A stretch of 64,000 nucleotides of DNA from an uncultured Acidobacteriota bacterium. GTDB taxonomy: Bacteria > Acidobacteriota > Thermoanaerobaculia > Gp7-AA8. Every line of letters starts with the position of its first letter. Position 1 is the first letter of the stretch. The DNA lies in the NCBI GenBank assembly GCA_963822445.1, contig CAWGHO010000001.1, positions 1,152,001 through 1,216,000 on the forward strand, read 5' to 3'. The notes under the pieces are model-generated. The model ran no database searches. It was not told where the DNA came from and worked only from the letters and a program-made list of their open reading frames with translations. This document shows, in pieces, positions 46,959 to 60,264 of the stretch. The translations under genes were made by a program, and so were the position numbers.

Positions 46959-49900
46959 TTACCGGTACAACCAGACCCGGAGCAGGCTTACCAGCTGCTG
47001 CGCGTCAATCGGCTTGGTGATGTAGTCGCTCGCCCCTGCCTCCATGCACTTCTCGCGATCGCCCTTCATCGCTTTCGCGGTCAGCGCGATCATCGGCAGG
47101 TTCTTGTATTCGTCCATGCCCCGGATCCGGCGCATCGCTTCGTAGCCATCCATCTCCGGCATCATCACGTCCATCAGCACGACGTCGATGTCTGCGTTCT
47201 GATTCAGCGCGTCGATGCCTTCCTGGCCGCTCTCCGCGTACAGCACCTTCATCTTGTGGCGCTCGAGCAGCGATGTCAGCGCGTAGATGTTGCGCATGTC
47301 GTCGTCGACGATGAGCGCCTTCTTACCGGCCAGCACGGGATCGGACTCGTGCAGTTGCTCGAGCATCTTCCGCTTCTGCTCCGGCAGGTTTTCCTCGACG
47401 CGGTGCAGGAACAGCGCGGTCTCGTCGAGCAGGCGATCCGGCGAGCGGACGTCCTTGACGATGATCGCGTCGGCCATCCGCTTGAGCTCCGTCTCTTCCT
47501 TCCGCGACAGATCGCGGCCGGTGTAGACGACGATCGGCGTGTCGGTGAATTTCCAGCTCGGTCTTCATCCGGTTGATGAAGTCGAAGCCGTTCATGTCCG
47601 GCAGGCCGAGGTCAAGGACCATGCAGTCGAAGCGGCGCTCGCGCAGCAGCTGCAGCGCCTCCTCGCCCGTTCCGACGGCGGTGATCTCGACGTCGCCTTC
47701 GCCGATCAGCTCCACGATCGCGTTCCGCTGGGCTTCGTTGTCTTCAATGACCAGCAGCGACTTGTTCGGCCGCTCGAGGAAGCCCTGGATCTTCGCGAAC
47801 GCGTCGTCCAGCGCGTCTTTCGTGACCGGCTTCTGCATCTGCGCGAATGCGCCGAGGCGCAGGCCGCGCGCCGCCTTCTTCGTCGCGCGGAGATGATGTG
47901 CACCGGGATGTGCCGCGTGACCCGATCGTGCTTGAGACGATCGAGCACCGTCCACCCTTCCATGTCCGGCAGCTCGAATGTCGAGCGTGATGGCGTCGGG
48001 GCGGATAGCGCTCGGCAAGCTGCAATGCTGTTTCGCCGCGCGTCGCGACGATGCCTTTGAAGCCCTTCTCGTGCGCCATGTCGAGGAGGATTCGGGCAAA
48101 CGCGACGTCGTCTTCGACGATGAGCACCGTGCGATCGCCCTTCCACGATGTTGTCGCGATCGTCCGGCACCTGCTCTTCGATCGATGACCAGTTGCTCCT
48201 CACGTTCAGCGCCGCGCGCCTCGCGAGACTCGCGGTCCGGCGAGGTCTCGGCATTGAAGGTCGGGAACGTCAGCGGCAACGGGCGCTCGTCGGTGTTCCG
48301 GTCGCGGTCCCTATCACGGCGCGCGATCGGGGCCACATACGTCTGCGGCAGGTAGAGCGTGAACGTCGATCCGACGCCCTGCTCGGCTTTCCACGCGGAT
48401 CTCGCCGCCGAGCAGTCTCGCGATCTCGCGGCTGATCGACAGTCCCAGTCCGGTGCCGCCGAACTTGCGCGTCGTCGACGCGTCGGCCTGCTGGAAGGCC
48501 TCGAAGATGATCCGCTGCTTCTCTTCGGCGATGCCGATGCCCGTGTCGGTGACGCTGAACGCGACCACGCCCGGTGCACGGTCGAGCACGTCATGTCCGT
48601 GAGTCCAGCCCGACAGCGCCGTCTCCATCTTCAACGTCACGCCACCCTTTTCGGTGAACTTGAAGGCGTTGCCGAGGAGGTTCTTGAGCACCTGCTGCAG
48701 GCGCGTCGGATCGGTGTGGATGGTGTGAGGAAGGTTCTCGGACTGCTGGATGGTGAAGTCGAGATTCTTGTCGTTGGCGACCTGGCGGAAGGTCCGCTCG
48801 GTCAGCTCGCCGACCTCCCGGAACGCTACGTCCTGTAGCGCGACGGTCATCATTCCGCGACTCGATCTTCGACAGGTCGAGGATGTCGTTGATCAGCGTG
48901 AGCAGGTCCTGACCCGAGCCGTGAATCGTCTTCGCGAACTCGACCTGCTTCTCGGTGAGGTTCTGATCCGGGTTGTCCGACAGCAGCTTGGCCAGGATGA
49001 GCAGCGAGTTGAGCGGCGTGCGCAGCTCGTGGGACATGTTCGCCAGGAACTCGCTCTTGTACTTCGAGGTGAGCGCGAGCTGGCGGGCTTTCTCTTCGAG
49101 CTGCCGCTTGGCCTGTTCGACCTCGCGGTTCTTCTGCTCGACCTCTTCGTTCTGCGCGGTGAGGAGGCGGGCCTTCTCTTCGAGCTCTTCGTTCGTCTGC
49201 TGCAGTTCTTCCTGCTGTTGCTTGAGCAACTCTTCCGAGGCCTGCAGCGATTTGGCCTGGGACTCGAGACGCTTGTTGGTCTCGGTGAGCTCTTCCTGCT
49301 GCGTCTGCAGCTCTTCGGCGAGCGACTGCGACTGGACGAGCAGCTCTTCCGTCCGCATGTTCGCCTGGATGGTGTTGAGCACGACGCCGATCGACTCGGT
49401 GAGCTGATCGAGCAGCGACTGGTACGTCTCGGTGAACCGCTGGAAGGAGGCCAGCTCCATCACCGCCAGCACCTGGCCTTCGAAGACGATCGGCAGGACG
49501 ATGATGTTCAACGGCTTGGATTCGCCGAGGCCGGAGTTGATCTGCACGTAGTCTTCAGGCGCGTCCGTGATGAGAATGCGCTGCTTCTCGAACGCGGCCT
49601 GTCCGACCAGCGACTCGCCGATGCGGAACTCCTTGTTGAGATGCTTGCGCTCCTTGAACGCGTACGACGCCGCAAGCTTGAGGCGCGGCTCCGATCCGCT
49701 CGAATCCATGACGTAGAACACGCCGTGCGCGGCACTGACCACCGGCGCGAGCTCGCTGAGGATCATCTGCGAGACGTTGGTCAGGCTCTTCTGCCCCTGC
49801 ATCATCCGCGTGAACTTGGCGAGGTTCGTCTTGAGCCAGTCCTGCTCGGCGTTGCGCGACGTGGTCTCGCGCAGGTTGACGATCATCGAGTTGATGTTGT

Positions 49901-52900
49901 CTTTCAGGGCCGCGACTTCACCCTGCGCCTGCACGGTGATGTTCCGCGTCAGGTCGCCCTTGGTCACGGCCGTGGCGACGTCGGCGATGGCGCGCACCTG
50001 CGTGGTGAGATTCGCGGCGAGCTGGTTGACGTTGTCGGTGAGGTCTTTCCACGTTCCCGCGGCGCCCGGCACGTTTGCCTGACCGCCGAGGCGTCCTTCG
50101 ACACCGACCTCGCGCGCAACCGTGGTGACCTGATCGGCGAATGTAGCGAGCGTCTCGATCATGTCGTTGATCGTGTCGCCCAGCTCCGCGATCTCGCCTC
50201 GTGCTTCGACGGCGAGCTTCTGCTTCAGATTTCCTTTGGCGATCGCCGTCACGACCCGGGCGATACCGCGCACCTGACTGGTCAGGTTCGCGGCCATCAT
50301 GTTGACGTTGTCGGTGAGGTCCTTCCACGTGCCGGCCACGCCCTTGACCTGGGCCTGACCGCCGAGCTTCCCTTCCGTGCCGACTTCGCGAGCGACGCGC
50401 GTGACTTCCGAAGCGAAGGAGTTGAGCTGATCGACCATCGTGTTGATGGTGTCCTTCAGCTCGAGGATCTCGCCCTTGACGTCGACGGTGATCTTCTTCG
50501 ACAGATCGCCGTTCGCGACGGCCGTCGTCACCTGGGCGATGTTGCGCACCTGGTTGGTGAGGTTGGACGCCATCATGTTGACGTTGTCCGTCAAGTCTTT
50601 CCACGTACCGGAGACTCCCCTCACCTGGGCCTGACCGCCAAGCCGGCCTTCGGTACCGACCTCGCGGGCCACGCGCGTGACTTCCGAGGCGAAGGAGTTC
50701 AGCTGATCGACCATCGTGTTGATGGTGTTCTTCAGCTCGAGGATCTCGCCGCGCACATCGACGGTGATCTTCTTCGACAGATCACCGAGTGCGACGGCGG
50801 TAGTCACTTCGGCGATGTTGCGCACCTGCGCGGTGAGGTTCGAGGCCATGGAGTTGACCGAGTCGGTCAAGTCTTTCCACGTACCGGAGACGCCTTTGAC
50901 TTCGGCCTGACCGCCCAGCCGCCCTTCCGTGCCGACCTCGCGAGCAACGCGCGTGACCTCCGCCGCGAACGAGTTGAGCTGGTCGACCATCGTGTTGATG
51001 GTGATCTTCAGCTCGAGAATCTCGCCGCTGACTTCGACGGTGATCTTCTTCGACAGATCGCCGTTCGCGACGGCGGTGGTGACCTGGGCGATGTTGCGCA
51101 CCTGATTGGTCAGGTTCGACGCCATCATGTTGACGTTGTCGGTGAGGTCCTTCCAGGTACCGGCCACGCCTTTGACCTGCGCCTGGCCGCCCAGCTTTCC
51201 TTCGACGCCGACTTCGCGCGCGACGCGCGTGACTTCCGAGGCGAAGGAGTTGAGCTGATCCACCATCGAGTTGATGGTGTTCTTCAGCTCGAGGACCTCG
51301 CCTTTGACGTCGACGGTGATCTTCTTCGAGAGATCGCCGTTCGCGACGGCGGTTGTGACGTCGGCGATGCTGCGCACCTGCGCGGTGAGGTTCGCGGCCA
51401 TGTAGTTGACCGAGTCGGTCAAGTCTTTCCACGTGCCGGAGACTCCCTGCACGTCGGCCTGGCCGCCGAGCTTTCCTTCCGTACCGACTTCGCGCGCCAC
51501 GCGCGTGACTTCGGCAGCGAACGAGCGGAGCTGATCGACCATCGTGTTGATGGTGTTCTTCAGCTCGAGGATCTCGCCTTTGACCTCGACGGTGATCTTC
51601 TTCGACAGGTCGCCGTTTGCGACGGCCGTCGTGACCTCGGCGATGTTGCGCACCTGGCCGGTGAGGTTCGAGGCCATGTAGTTGACCGAGTCGGTCAGAT
51701 CCTTCCACGTGCCGGCGACGCCCTTCACTTCGGCCTGGCCGCCGAGCATGCCTTCCGTGCCGACCTCGCGCGACACGCGCGTGACTTCCGATGCGAAGGC
51801 CGAAAGCTGATCGACCATCGTGTTGATCGTTTCTTTGATCTGCAGGATCTCGCCGCGGACGTCGACCGTGATCTTGCGTGTCAGATCGCCGCTGGCGATT
51901 GCCGTCGCGACGCCGGAGACGTCACGCAACTGGACGGTGAGGTTTGAGGCCATGGAGTTGACCGAGTCGGTGAGGTCTTTCCACGTACCGGCGACGCCTT
52001 TGACCTCGGCCTGCACGCCGAGCTTCCCTTCCGTTCCGACTTCCCGCGCGACGCGCGTCACTTCGGCGGCGAAGGAGTTGAGCTGATCGACCATCGTGTT
52101 GATGGTGTTCTTCAGCTCGAGGATCTCGCCGCGCACTTCGACGGTGATCTTGCGCGACAGATCGCCGAGTGCGACGGCCGTCGTCACCTCGGCGATGTTT
52201 CGCACCTGCGCGGTCAGGTTGCCGGCCATGGCGTTGACCGAGTCGGTCAGGTCCTTCCACGTTCCTGCAACGCCAGGCACTTCTGCCTGACCGCCGAGCT
52301 GTCCTTCCGAGCCGACCTCGCGAGCGACGCGCGTGACTTCCGACGCGAACGCGCTGAGCTGATCGACCATCGTGTTGATGGTGTTCTTCAGCTCGAGGAT
52401 CTCGCCGCGGACATCGACGGTGATCTTCTTCGACAGATCGCCCATGGCGACGGCGGTGGTGACGTCGGCGATGTTTCGCACCTGCGCGGTGAGGTTGCCG
52501 GCCATCGAGTTGACCGAGTCGGTGAGGTCTTTCCACGTGCCGGCCACGCCTTTGACTTCGGCCTGGCCGCCCAGTTTTCCTTCCGTTCCGACTTCGCGGG
52601 CGACGCGCGTGACTTCCGAGGCGAAGGAGTTGAGCTGATCGACCATCGTATTGATGGTGTTCTTCAGCTCGAGGATCTCACCGCGGACTTCGACGGTGAT
52701 CTTCTTCGAGAGGTCGCCCATGGCGACCGCGGTCGTGACCTCAGCGATGTTGCGCACCTGGTTGGTGAGGTTCGAGGCCATCGCGTTGACCGAGTCGGTG
52801 AGGTCTTTCCACGTGCCTGCGACACCGGGCACTTCGGCCTGGCCGCCGAGGCGTCCTTCCGTGCCGACTTCGCGGGCGACGCGCGTGACTTCCGACGCGA

Positions 52901-54206
52901 ACGCGCGGAGCTGATCGACCATCGTGTTGATGGTGTTCTTCAACTCGAGGACTTCGCCGAGCGCTTCCGCGGTGATCTTCTTCGACAGATCGCCGTTCGC
53001 GACGGCGGTCGTGACCTCGGCGATGTTGCGGACCTGACTGGTGAGGTTCGCGGCCATGTAGTTGACCGAGTCCGTCAAGTCTTTCCACGTACCGGAGACG
53101 CCCTGCACTTCCGCCTGGCCGCCGAGTTTTCCTTCCGTACCGACTTCGCGAGCGACGCGGGTGACTTCCGAGGCGAAGGAGCGGAGCTGGTCGACCATCG
53201 TGTTGATGGTTTCCTTCAGCTCGAGGATCTCGCCGCGCGCTTCGACGGTGATCTGTTTGGAGAGATCGCCGTTCGCGACGGCGGTGGTGACCGCGGCGAT
53301 GTTGCGAACCTGATTGGTGAGGTTCGCGGCCATGTAATTCACGGAATCCGTCAAGTCTCTCCACGTACCGGAGACACCCTGCACATCTGCCTGACCGCCC
53401 AGCTTTCCTTCCGAACCGACTTCGCGGGCAACACGGGTGACTTCCGAGGCGAAGGAGCGGAGCTGATCGACCATGACGTTGATGGTGTTCTTCAGCTCGA
53501 GGATCTCGCCGCGCACTTCGACGGTGATCTTCTTGGAGAGGTCGCCGGTAGCGACGGCCGTCGTGACTTCGGCGATGTTGCGGACCTGGGAGGTGAGGTT
53601 CGCAGCCATGAAGTTGACCGAGTCCGTCAAGTCTTTCCACGTACCGGAGACGCCCTTGACGTCGGCCTGGCCGCCCAGCTTTCCTTCGGTGCCGACTTCG
53701 CGAGCGACGCGCGTGACTTCCGACGCGAACGAGGCCAGCTGCGTGACCATCGTGTTGACTGTTTTCGCCGTCCGCAGAAACTCACCCTTGAGCGGCCGGC
53801 CGTCGAACTCGATGGCCATGGTCCGGGTGAGATCGCCCTTCGCGACCGCGCCGATGACGCGCGCGATCTCGTTGGTGGGCTGGACGAGGTCGGTGACCAG
53901 GTTGTTGACCGCGTCGGCCATGACCGCCCACTGGCCGTTGGCCGCGGGAGCCTTCAGCCGCTCGTTCAGCTTTCCCTCTTTGCCGACGACCGTCGAGATG
54001 CGCTCGATCTCGGATGAGGTCCGCTCGTTGAGCTCGAGGATGTCGTTGAGAGTGTCGGAAATTTTTCCCTGAACGCCGGTGAAGTCGACGGGCATCCGCA
54101 CGCGGAAATCGCCCTTCTTCATCGACGTGAGAGTGCGCAGCAACAGCCGGTCGAAGTCCTTCGGGCCAAGCTCAGTGGCCTTGTCGACGCCAATGCCCGT
54201 GGTCAT
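46959..54206 (-). CDS. Giant cytoplasmic hybrid histidine kinase: poly-HAMP, GAF, HisKA, HATPase, three REC domains (multiple frameshifts at ~47545-48860)
   Basis: 14 tandem 92-aa units; [12 protein letters not shown]; FEAFQQAD...GGTGLGL; REC fragments (LIVEDD, LVIEDN, LIVDDD) spread over alternating frames. Confidence 0.9.
49875..53738 (-). repeat. 14 x ~276-bp intragenic tandem repeat encoding poly-HAMP units
   Basis: Repeating [19 protein letters not shown]...[22 protein letters not shown]...[27 protein letters not shown]; ends approximate. Confidence 0.92.
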
Positions 54207-54368
54207 ACGCGGGTTCTCCTCCGAGGTGAGGTAATCAATTGTGCTGAAACGGATTAGCAGGCTGGACGGTCCCTCGCGGACGAGGGCTGATTCAGTCTTG
54301 GGAGGGGGGTGAATGCAAGTGAAGTGCCGTTATGGTTGAGTGTGGTTTCGGGCGAATCGGATGCCGAA

Positions 54369-54466
54369 GGAGGGCGGCCGCCCCGGCCGCCCTCGCTGGG
54401 CACCTTGCCCGGCGATTAGCACCGGGCGAGGCGCCCGGTGCGAGGCGAGCGAGGCGCTCGCCCTCC
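54369..54466. repeat. REP-like nested palindrome
   Basis: GGAGGGCGGCCGCCCCGGCCGC...GCGAGCGAGGCGCTCGCCCTCC; homologous to 62585-62655. Confidence 0.65.
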
Positions 54467-54478
54467 GAGACGGTTCGG

Positions 54479-57400
54479 TCAGCGAACCGGTACGGCCCGC
54501 ACCGGTATCACCACCCGGAACGTGCTCCCCTCCCCCTCCTCACTCTCCACCTCCACCACCCCGCCGTGCAGCTCGGTGAAGCGCTTCACCACGGAGAGGC
54601 CGAGGCCTGTGCCTTGGGGGCGGCGGGTGCCGGGTGGGTGGATCTGGCGGAACTCGTCGAAGATCGCGTGCTGGTCCTCGGGGGCGATGCCGATGCCGTG
54701 ATCGATGACCGACACGGCGATGGAGTCGGTGCGGATTGGCGACTCCATCGCCGGCAGGAGGCGGGCGACGATCTGCACCTTCGAGCGATCGGGCGAAAAC
54801 TTCACGGCATTCGAGACGAGGTTGTAGAGCACCTGTTTGAACTTGATGCCGTCGACCACGATCATCCCGATGTCCGGTGAGAGATCGAACTCGAGATCGA
54901 TGCCGCGCGGGATGGTGATGCCCTTGAGCACGCGCGCCACGCTGTCGAGCGTCTCGCGCAGAACCACCGGCTCGAGGTCGAGACTCATCTTCCCCGCCTC
55001 GATCTTCGCCAGGTCGAGGATGTCGTTGATGAGCGTCAGCAGATGCTCGCCGGAAACGGAGATGTTGTTGAGGAAGCGCATCTGCCGCTCGGTGAACGTC
55101 GCTTTCTCGCCGTCGCGCAGCAGCACGCCGGCGAAACCGATGATCGCGTTAAGGGGCGTGCGCAGTTCGTGGGAAACGTTCGCCAGGAAGATGCTCTTGG
55201 CCTGATTCGCCGACTCGGCCTCGATCAACGCCGCCTCGATGTCGCGCGTGCGGGCGGCGACGACGTCCTCCAGCTCCTTCTCGCGGCGTTTGCTCACGTA
55301 CACGCGGCGCTGCTGGAGCAACCACACCAGCGAGACGAGCAGCAGAAGGATCAGCAGCGGGAACCAGAGCGTCTGCACGAACTTCCGCTCGACCTTCATG
55401 GCCAGCGATGCGCCCTGGCGGTTCCAGGCGCCGTCCGCGTTCGCGGCGATCACCTGAAAGCGGTACTCGCCGGGCGGCACGCCTGTGTAGAACGCGACGC
55501 GGCGCTGGCCGGGATCGACCCAGTCCCGGTCGAATCCCTCCAGCCTGTAGCGAAATTTGACTTTCATCGGCGACGCGTAGGTCAGCGCGGCGTAACGGAA
55601 TTCGATGTGTTGCGTGTCCGGCGGGATGACCAGCTTCGTCGAAACCGGCACTTCACGCCCATCGACGATGGCCGCTTCGAGACGAACGGGCGGCGGCCGC
55701 GGATTTCTGAGCGCCGCGTCGCGCGGCGCGATCGTCGCCACGCCATCGACCGTTGAAAACCAGAGCCGCCCGTCGCGCGAGCGCATGGCCGCTGGATACG
55801 TGCTGCCGTTGCACTCCACGCTGCGGACACCGTCGCCTGCTCCGTAGACTTCCGAGGTTACGCGGGTGCGTTTGCCGGCGGCGACTTCCTCGAGCTCGCG
55901 CGCGGTGACGCTCCAGATGCCCCGTCCGCCGCCGAACCAGAACCGGCCGCTCGCGTCCTCGAGCAACTGCATGACCTTGTCGCTGAAGAGTCCCGAGTCG
56001 ACGGTGTAGCGCGTGAAGCGGCCGTCCTTCATGCGGATCAACCCCGCGCTGTCGGTGCCGATCCAGACCGTGCCCGCCGCATCTACATGCAGCGCAAGAA
56101 CATGTGAGTCGGGCAACCCTTCCGCCTCCGTCCAGGTCGTGAACCTGCCGTTCTGATGACGAGCGATGCCGCGGCCGTCGGTACCGATCCAGATGCTGCC
56201 GTCGGGCGCGGCAGCGAATGCCTGCACGAAGGTCGCGTTCCATCGCGGGCCGGGCAGGAGCCTTTCGAACTTCCCGTTGGTGTATCGCGTGAGGCCGCGA
56301 TCGGTGCCGATCCACAGCTGCCCTTCCCTGTCGAAGAAAAGCGCGCGAACGGTGCGGCTGGAAAGTCCGTCCGCTTCTCCGAACGTCGTCACGCGCCCGT
56401 TGGCGAAGCGATTCAATCCCGTCGGCGTGCCTACCCACATCGCCCCGTCCGGCGCCTCCGCGAGACTGAGCACGTAGTCGTTCGTGAGTCCATCCTTCGT
56501 GGTGAAGGTCGTCTTCTCCCGGCCGGTGAACCGCGTGAGACCGTTCGCGGTGCCGATCCAGATGTTGCCCGCGCGGTCTTCGAGCACCGTGCGCGCGTAC
56601 GAATCGACCAATCCTTCCGGTCTACCCACCGTGACGAACTTGCCGCGGGTCAGGCACTCCAGGCCACCGTTCGTGCCGACCCAGATGTTCTTTTCGACGT
56701 CCTCGAACAGCGAGCGGACGGAGTTGTTGAGGAGCCCTTCACCGGTGGTGAAGCGATCGACCTCGCCGCCGGCGATCCGAAAGAGACCGTTGCTGTACGT
56801 CCCGATCCACAGCGTGCCGTCGGAATCGTGCAACAGCGCCGTGACCTGCTCTTCGGGGATTCCCTCGATGCGCTGGACGTCGGCGGCGATCCGATGCAGA
56901 CCCTGATTCGTTCCGGTCCAGACCGTGCCGTCGCGATCGGCGAGGATCGCGTAAACCGACGCGGTCGAAAGCTGCGGCGCAACCGGCGCGACCACGCCGT
57001 TGCGCAGCACGAGCAGTCCGCTGCCGCGCGTTCCGACCCACAACGCGCCGTCGGGCGCGATGGTGAGCGACAGAACGGAGATGTCCGGGATGACCGGCTT
57101 CTCCACGCGGCCGTTGCGATACGCGCACAGCCCCGCCGAAGTCCCGATCCACACCGTCCCATCCCCCGCCTCGGCCAGCGCCGCCACGATGTCGCTCGGC
57201 AGGCCTTCCTCCATCCCGAGAACGCGAACCTTTCCATCGCGCAGCGAGCCCGCACCGCCGCCGTTCGTGCCCGCCCACAACGTTCCGTCGCGGCTCTTCA
57301 TCAGCGCGAGCACGGTGTCGCGGCGCAATGCGGGCAGGTTCTTCTTGTCGAAACGGGTGAAGGTCTCGCCGTTGAATCGCGCCAGACCTTCGTACGTGGC

Positions 57401-57577
57401 GACCCAGATGTAGCCGTCGCTGGTCTGCAGGATTCCGCGCACGACGCTGTTCGGAAGTCCGTCCTCGAGCTTCCACGAGCTTCGCGCGTACTGGCTGATG
57501 GCGCGGTCGGCTTCCAGCGCGTGCGCGGACGACGACGCGAGCGCAACCACGACTACGGCGGCAGCCAGCTTACGCAA
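54479..57577 (-). CDS. Sensor histidine kinase with beta-propeller (Reg_prop) and Y_Y_Y domains
   Basis: Signal peptide; repeated GL....V.AL.ED..G.LWIGT..GL; FRYRLEGFDRDW; TM; [11 protein letters not shown]; GTGLGL. Confidence 0.93.
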   Translation of the reverse strand: MRKLAAAVVVVALASSSAHALEADRAISQYARSSWKLEDGLPNSVVRGILQTSDGYIWVATYEGLARFNGETFTRFDKKNLPALRRDTVLALMKSRDGTLWAGTNGGGAGSLRDGKVRVLGMEEGLPSDIVAALAEAGDGTVWIGTSAGLCAYRNGRVEKPVIPDISVLSLTIAPDGALWVGTRGSGLLVLRNGVVAPVAPQLSTASVYAILADRDGTVWTGTNQGLHRIAADVQRIEGIPEEQVTALLHDSDGTLWIGTYSNGLFRIAGGEVDRFTTGEGLLNNSVRSLFEDVEKNIWVGTNGGLECLTRGKFVTVGRPEGLVDSYARTVLEDRAGNIWIGTANGLTRFTGREKTTFTTKDGLTNDYVLSLAEAPDGAMWVGTPTGLNRFANGRVTTFGEADGLSSRTVRALFFDREGQLWIGTDRGLTRYTNGKFERLLPGPRWNATFVQAFAAAPDGSIWIGTDGRGIARHQNGRFTTWTEAEGLPDSHVLALHVDAAGTVWIGTDSAGLIRMKDGRFTRYTVDSGLFSDKVMQLLEDASGRFWFGGGRGIWSVTARELEEVAAGKRTRVTSEVYGAGDGVRSVECNGSTYPAAMRSRDGRLWFSTVDGVATIAPRDAALRNPRPPPVRLEAAIVDGREVPVSTKLVIPPDTQHIEFRYAALTYASPMKVKFRYRLEGFDRDWVDPGQRRVAFYTGVPPGEYRFQVIAANADGAWNRQGASLAMKVERKFVQTLWFPLLILLLLVSLVWLLQQRRVYVSKRREKELEDVVAARTRDIEAALIEAESANQAKSIFLANVSHELRTPLNAIIGFAGVLLRDGEKATFTERQMRFLNNISVSGEHLLTLINDILDLAKIEAGKMSLDLEPVVLRETLDSVARVLKGITIPRGIDLEFDLSPDIGMIVVDGIKFKQVLYNLVSNAVKFSPDRSKVQIVARLLPAMESPIRTDSIAVSVIDHGIGIAPEDQHAIFDEFRQIHPPGTRRPQGTGLGLSVVKRFTELHGGVVEVESEEGEGSTFRVVIPVRAVPVR

Positions 57578-57625
57578 CGTTTGAATTCCTCGGACCTGCG
57601 GATGGGGCGCGGAGATTCTACTCGT

Positions 57626-58852
<1,227 letters not shown>

Positions 58853-58870
58853 GAGTCACGCGCTCCGCGC

Positions 58871-58905
58871 GGATTGAGGATTGAGGATTGAGGATTGAGG
58901 ATTCA
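58871..58905. repeat. Heptamer tandem repeat (GGATTGA)x4 + GGATTCA
   Basis: Directly visible between the two permease genes. Confidence 0.85.
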
Positions 58906-60155
58906 TTCGTATCTCAAAGCCTCGATCGGATCCAACCGCGATGCCGTCAGCGCCGGCGCGAATCCCGAGAAGATTCCGGTCAGGGTCGACACGAACAGAC
59001 CGGTGATCACCAGCCCGACCGAGAACTTCAGCGGGAACGACGGGAACGCTGCCGCGACCGCGGCGCAGAGCAGCCAGGAGAGAGTCAGTCCGATGACGCC
59101 GCCGACGAGGCAGATCGAGACCGCTTCGATCAGGAACTGCAGAAGGATCGTGCGGCGCCGCGCGCCGACGGCCTTGCGCGTGCCGATCTCGCGCGTCCGC
59201 TCTTTCACGCTGACGTAGGTGATGTTCATGATCCCGATCGCGCCGACGAACAAGCGCCAGGCCGGTCACGAAAAGGCCGGCCACGGCGATGCCGCTCTTG
59301 ATCGGATCGATCGTGCTGCGCAGCGCCTGCTGCTCGTTGATGGAGAAGTCGTTCTTCTGCTCCGGGCGAAGACCGCGCACGCGGCGCATCGCCCCGGTCA
59401 ACTCGTCCGTCGCCGCTCCCATCCGGTTCTTGTCGCGAACCTTCACGCGGATCGACGTATCGAGTCGCGAGCTGAATGCTTTCTGAAATGCCGGCAACGG
59501 CACGACGGCATACGTGTCGAAGCTGAACAGCCCGAGAAACGTCCCCTGCTTCGCGTAAACGCCGATGACCTTGAACGGCGTGCCGCTGATCATCACCGTC
59601 TTGTCGAGGGGGCGCTCGTTCGGGAAGAGTGCTTCGGCGACGTCGAATCCGAGGATCACTACGTTGCGGCCGGAGCGCGCTTCGGGCTCGTTGAAGAAAC
59701 GCCCCTCGCGGAACGACGACGTCGACGTGACCAGAAACTCGTCGGTCGTCCCCTGCGTGAACACGCCGCGCACTTCGTTGTCCGCGTACTTCACGCTGCG
59801 CATGGTGTTGATCGTCGGCACGGCGATCATCAGCTCGGAGTTCGGCGTCGCGTCGATGATCCGCTGCAGGTCCTGCGCGTACCGCGACTGCATCGTCCGG
59901 CGGTTGCGGTAGTTCCACCAGTCGTCGACGTGTCGACCACGGCCATTTCTCGACGTAGAGGATGTCATCGCCGATCACGGCCAGACTGCGCTCGAACCCC
60001 GTTTCGATCCCGCCGATCGCCGAGCCCATGAGCGTGACGGCGATGATGCCGATGATCACGCCGAGGGCCGTGAGCGCCGAGCGCATCTTGTGCGCACGGA
60101 TGACCAGCGCCGCGATGCGGAAGGATTCGGTGATCTCGGTGAGGAGGTCGATCAT
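58903..60155 (-). CDS. MacB/FtsX-like ABC transporter permease (frameshifts near 59935 and 59255)
   Basis: HKMRSALTALGVIIG, the periplasmic domain and GIMNITYVSVKERTREIG...LDPIEALRYE lie in successive frames. Confidence 0.85.
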
Positions 60156-60264
60156 GGGTTGCTGAGTTGCTAGGTTGCTGGGTTGCTGAGTGCTCCGCTT
60201 GTGCGTGAGTCGTGGCTCTCGGCGCAGCACCGAGCAACCCAGCAACCTAGCAACCCAGCAACCT
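60156..60264. repeat. Inverted pair of octamer tandem arrays (RRGTTGCT)n ... (AGCAACCY)n
   Basis: Four units at 60156-60187 and four complementary units at 60233-60264. Confidence 0.8.

Noticed and set aside
47545-48860. Programmed frameshifting or true pseudogenisation of the hybrid kinase
   Set aside because: About eight single-base shifts cluster in 1.3 kb with all motifs otherwise intact and no slippery sites; typical of low-coverage long-read indels; needs read mapping
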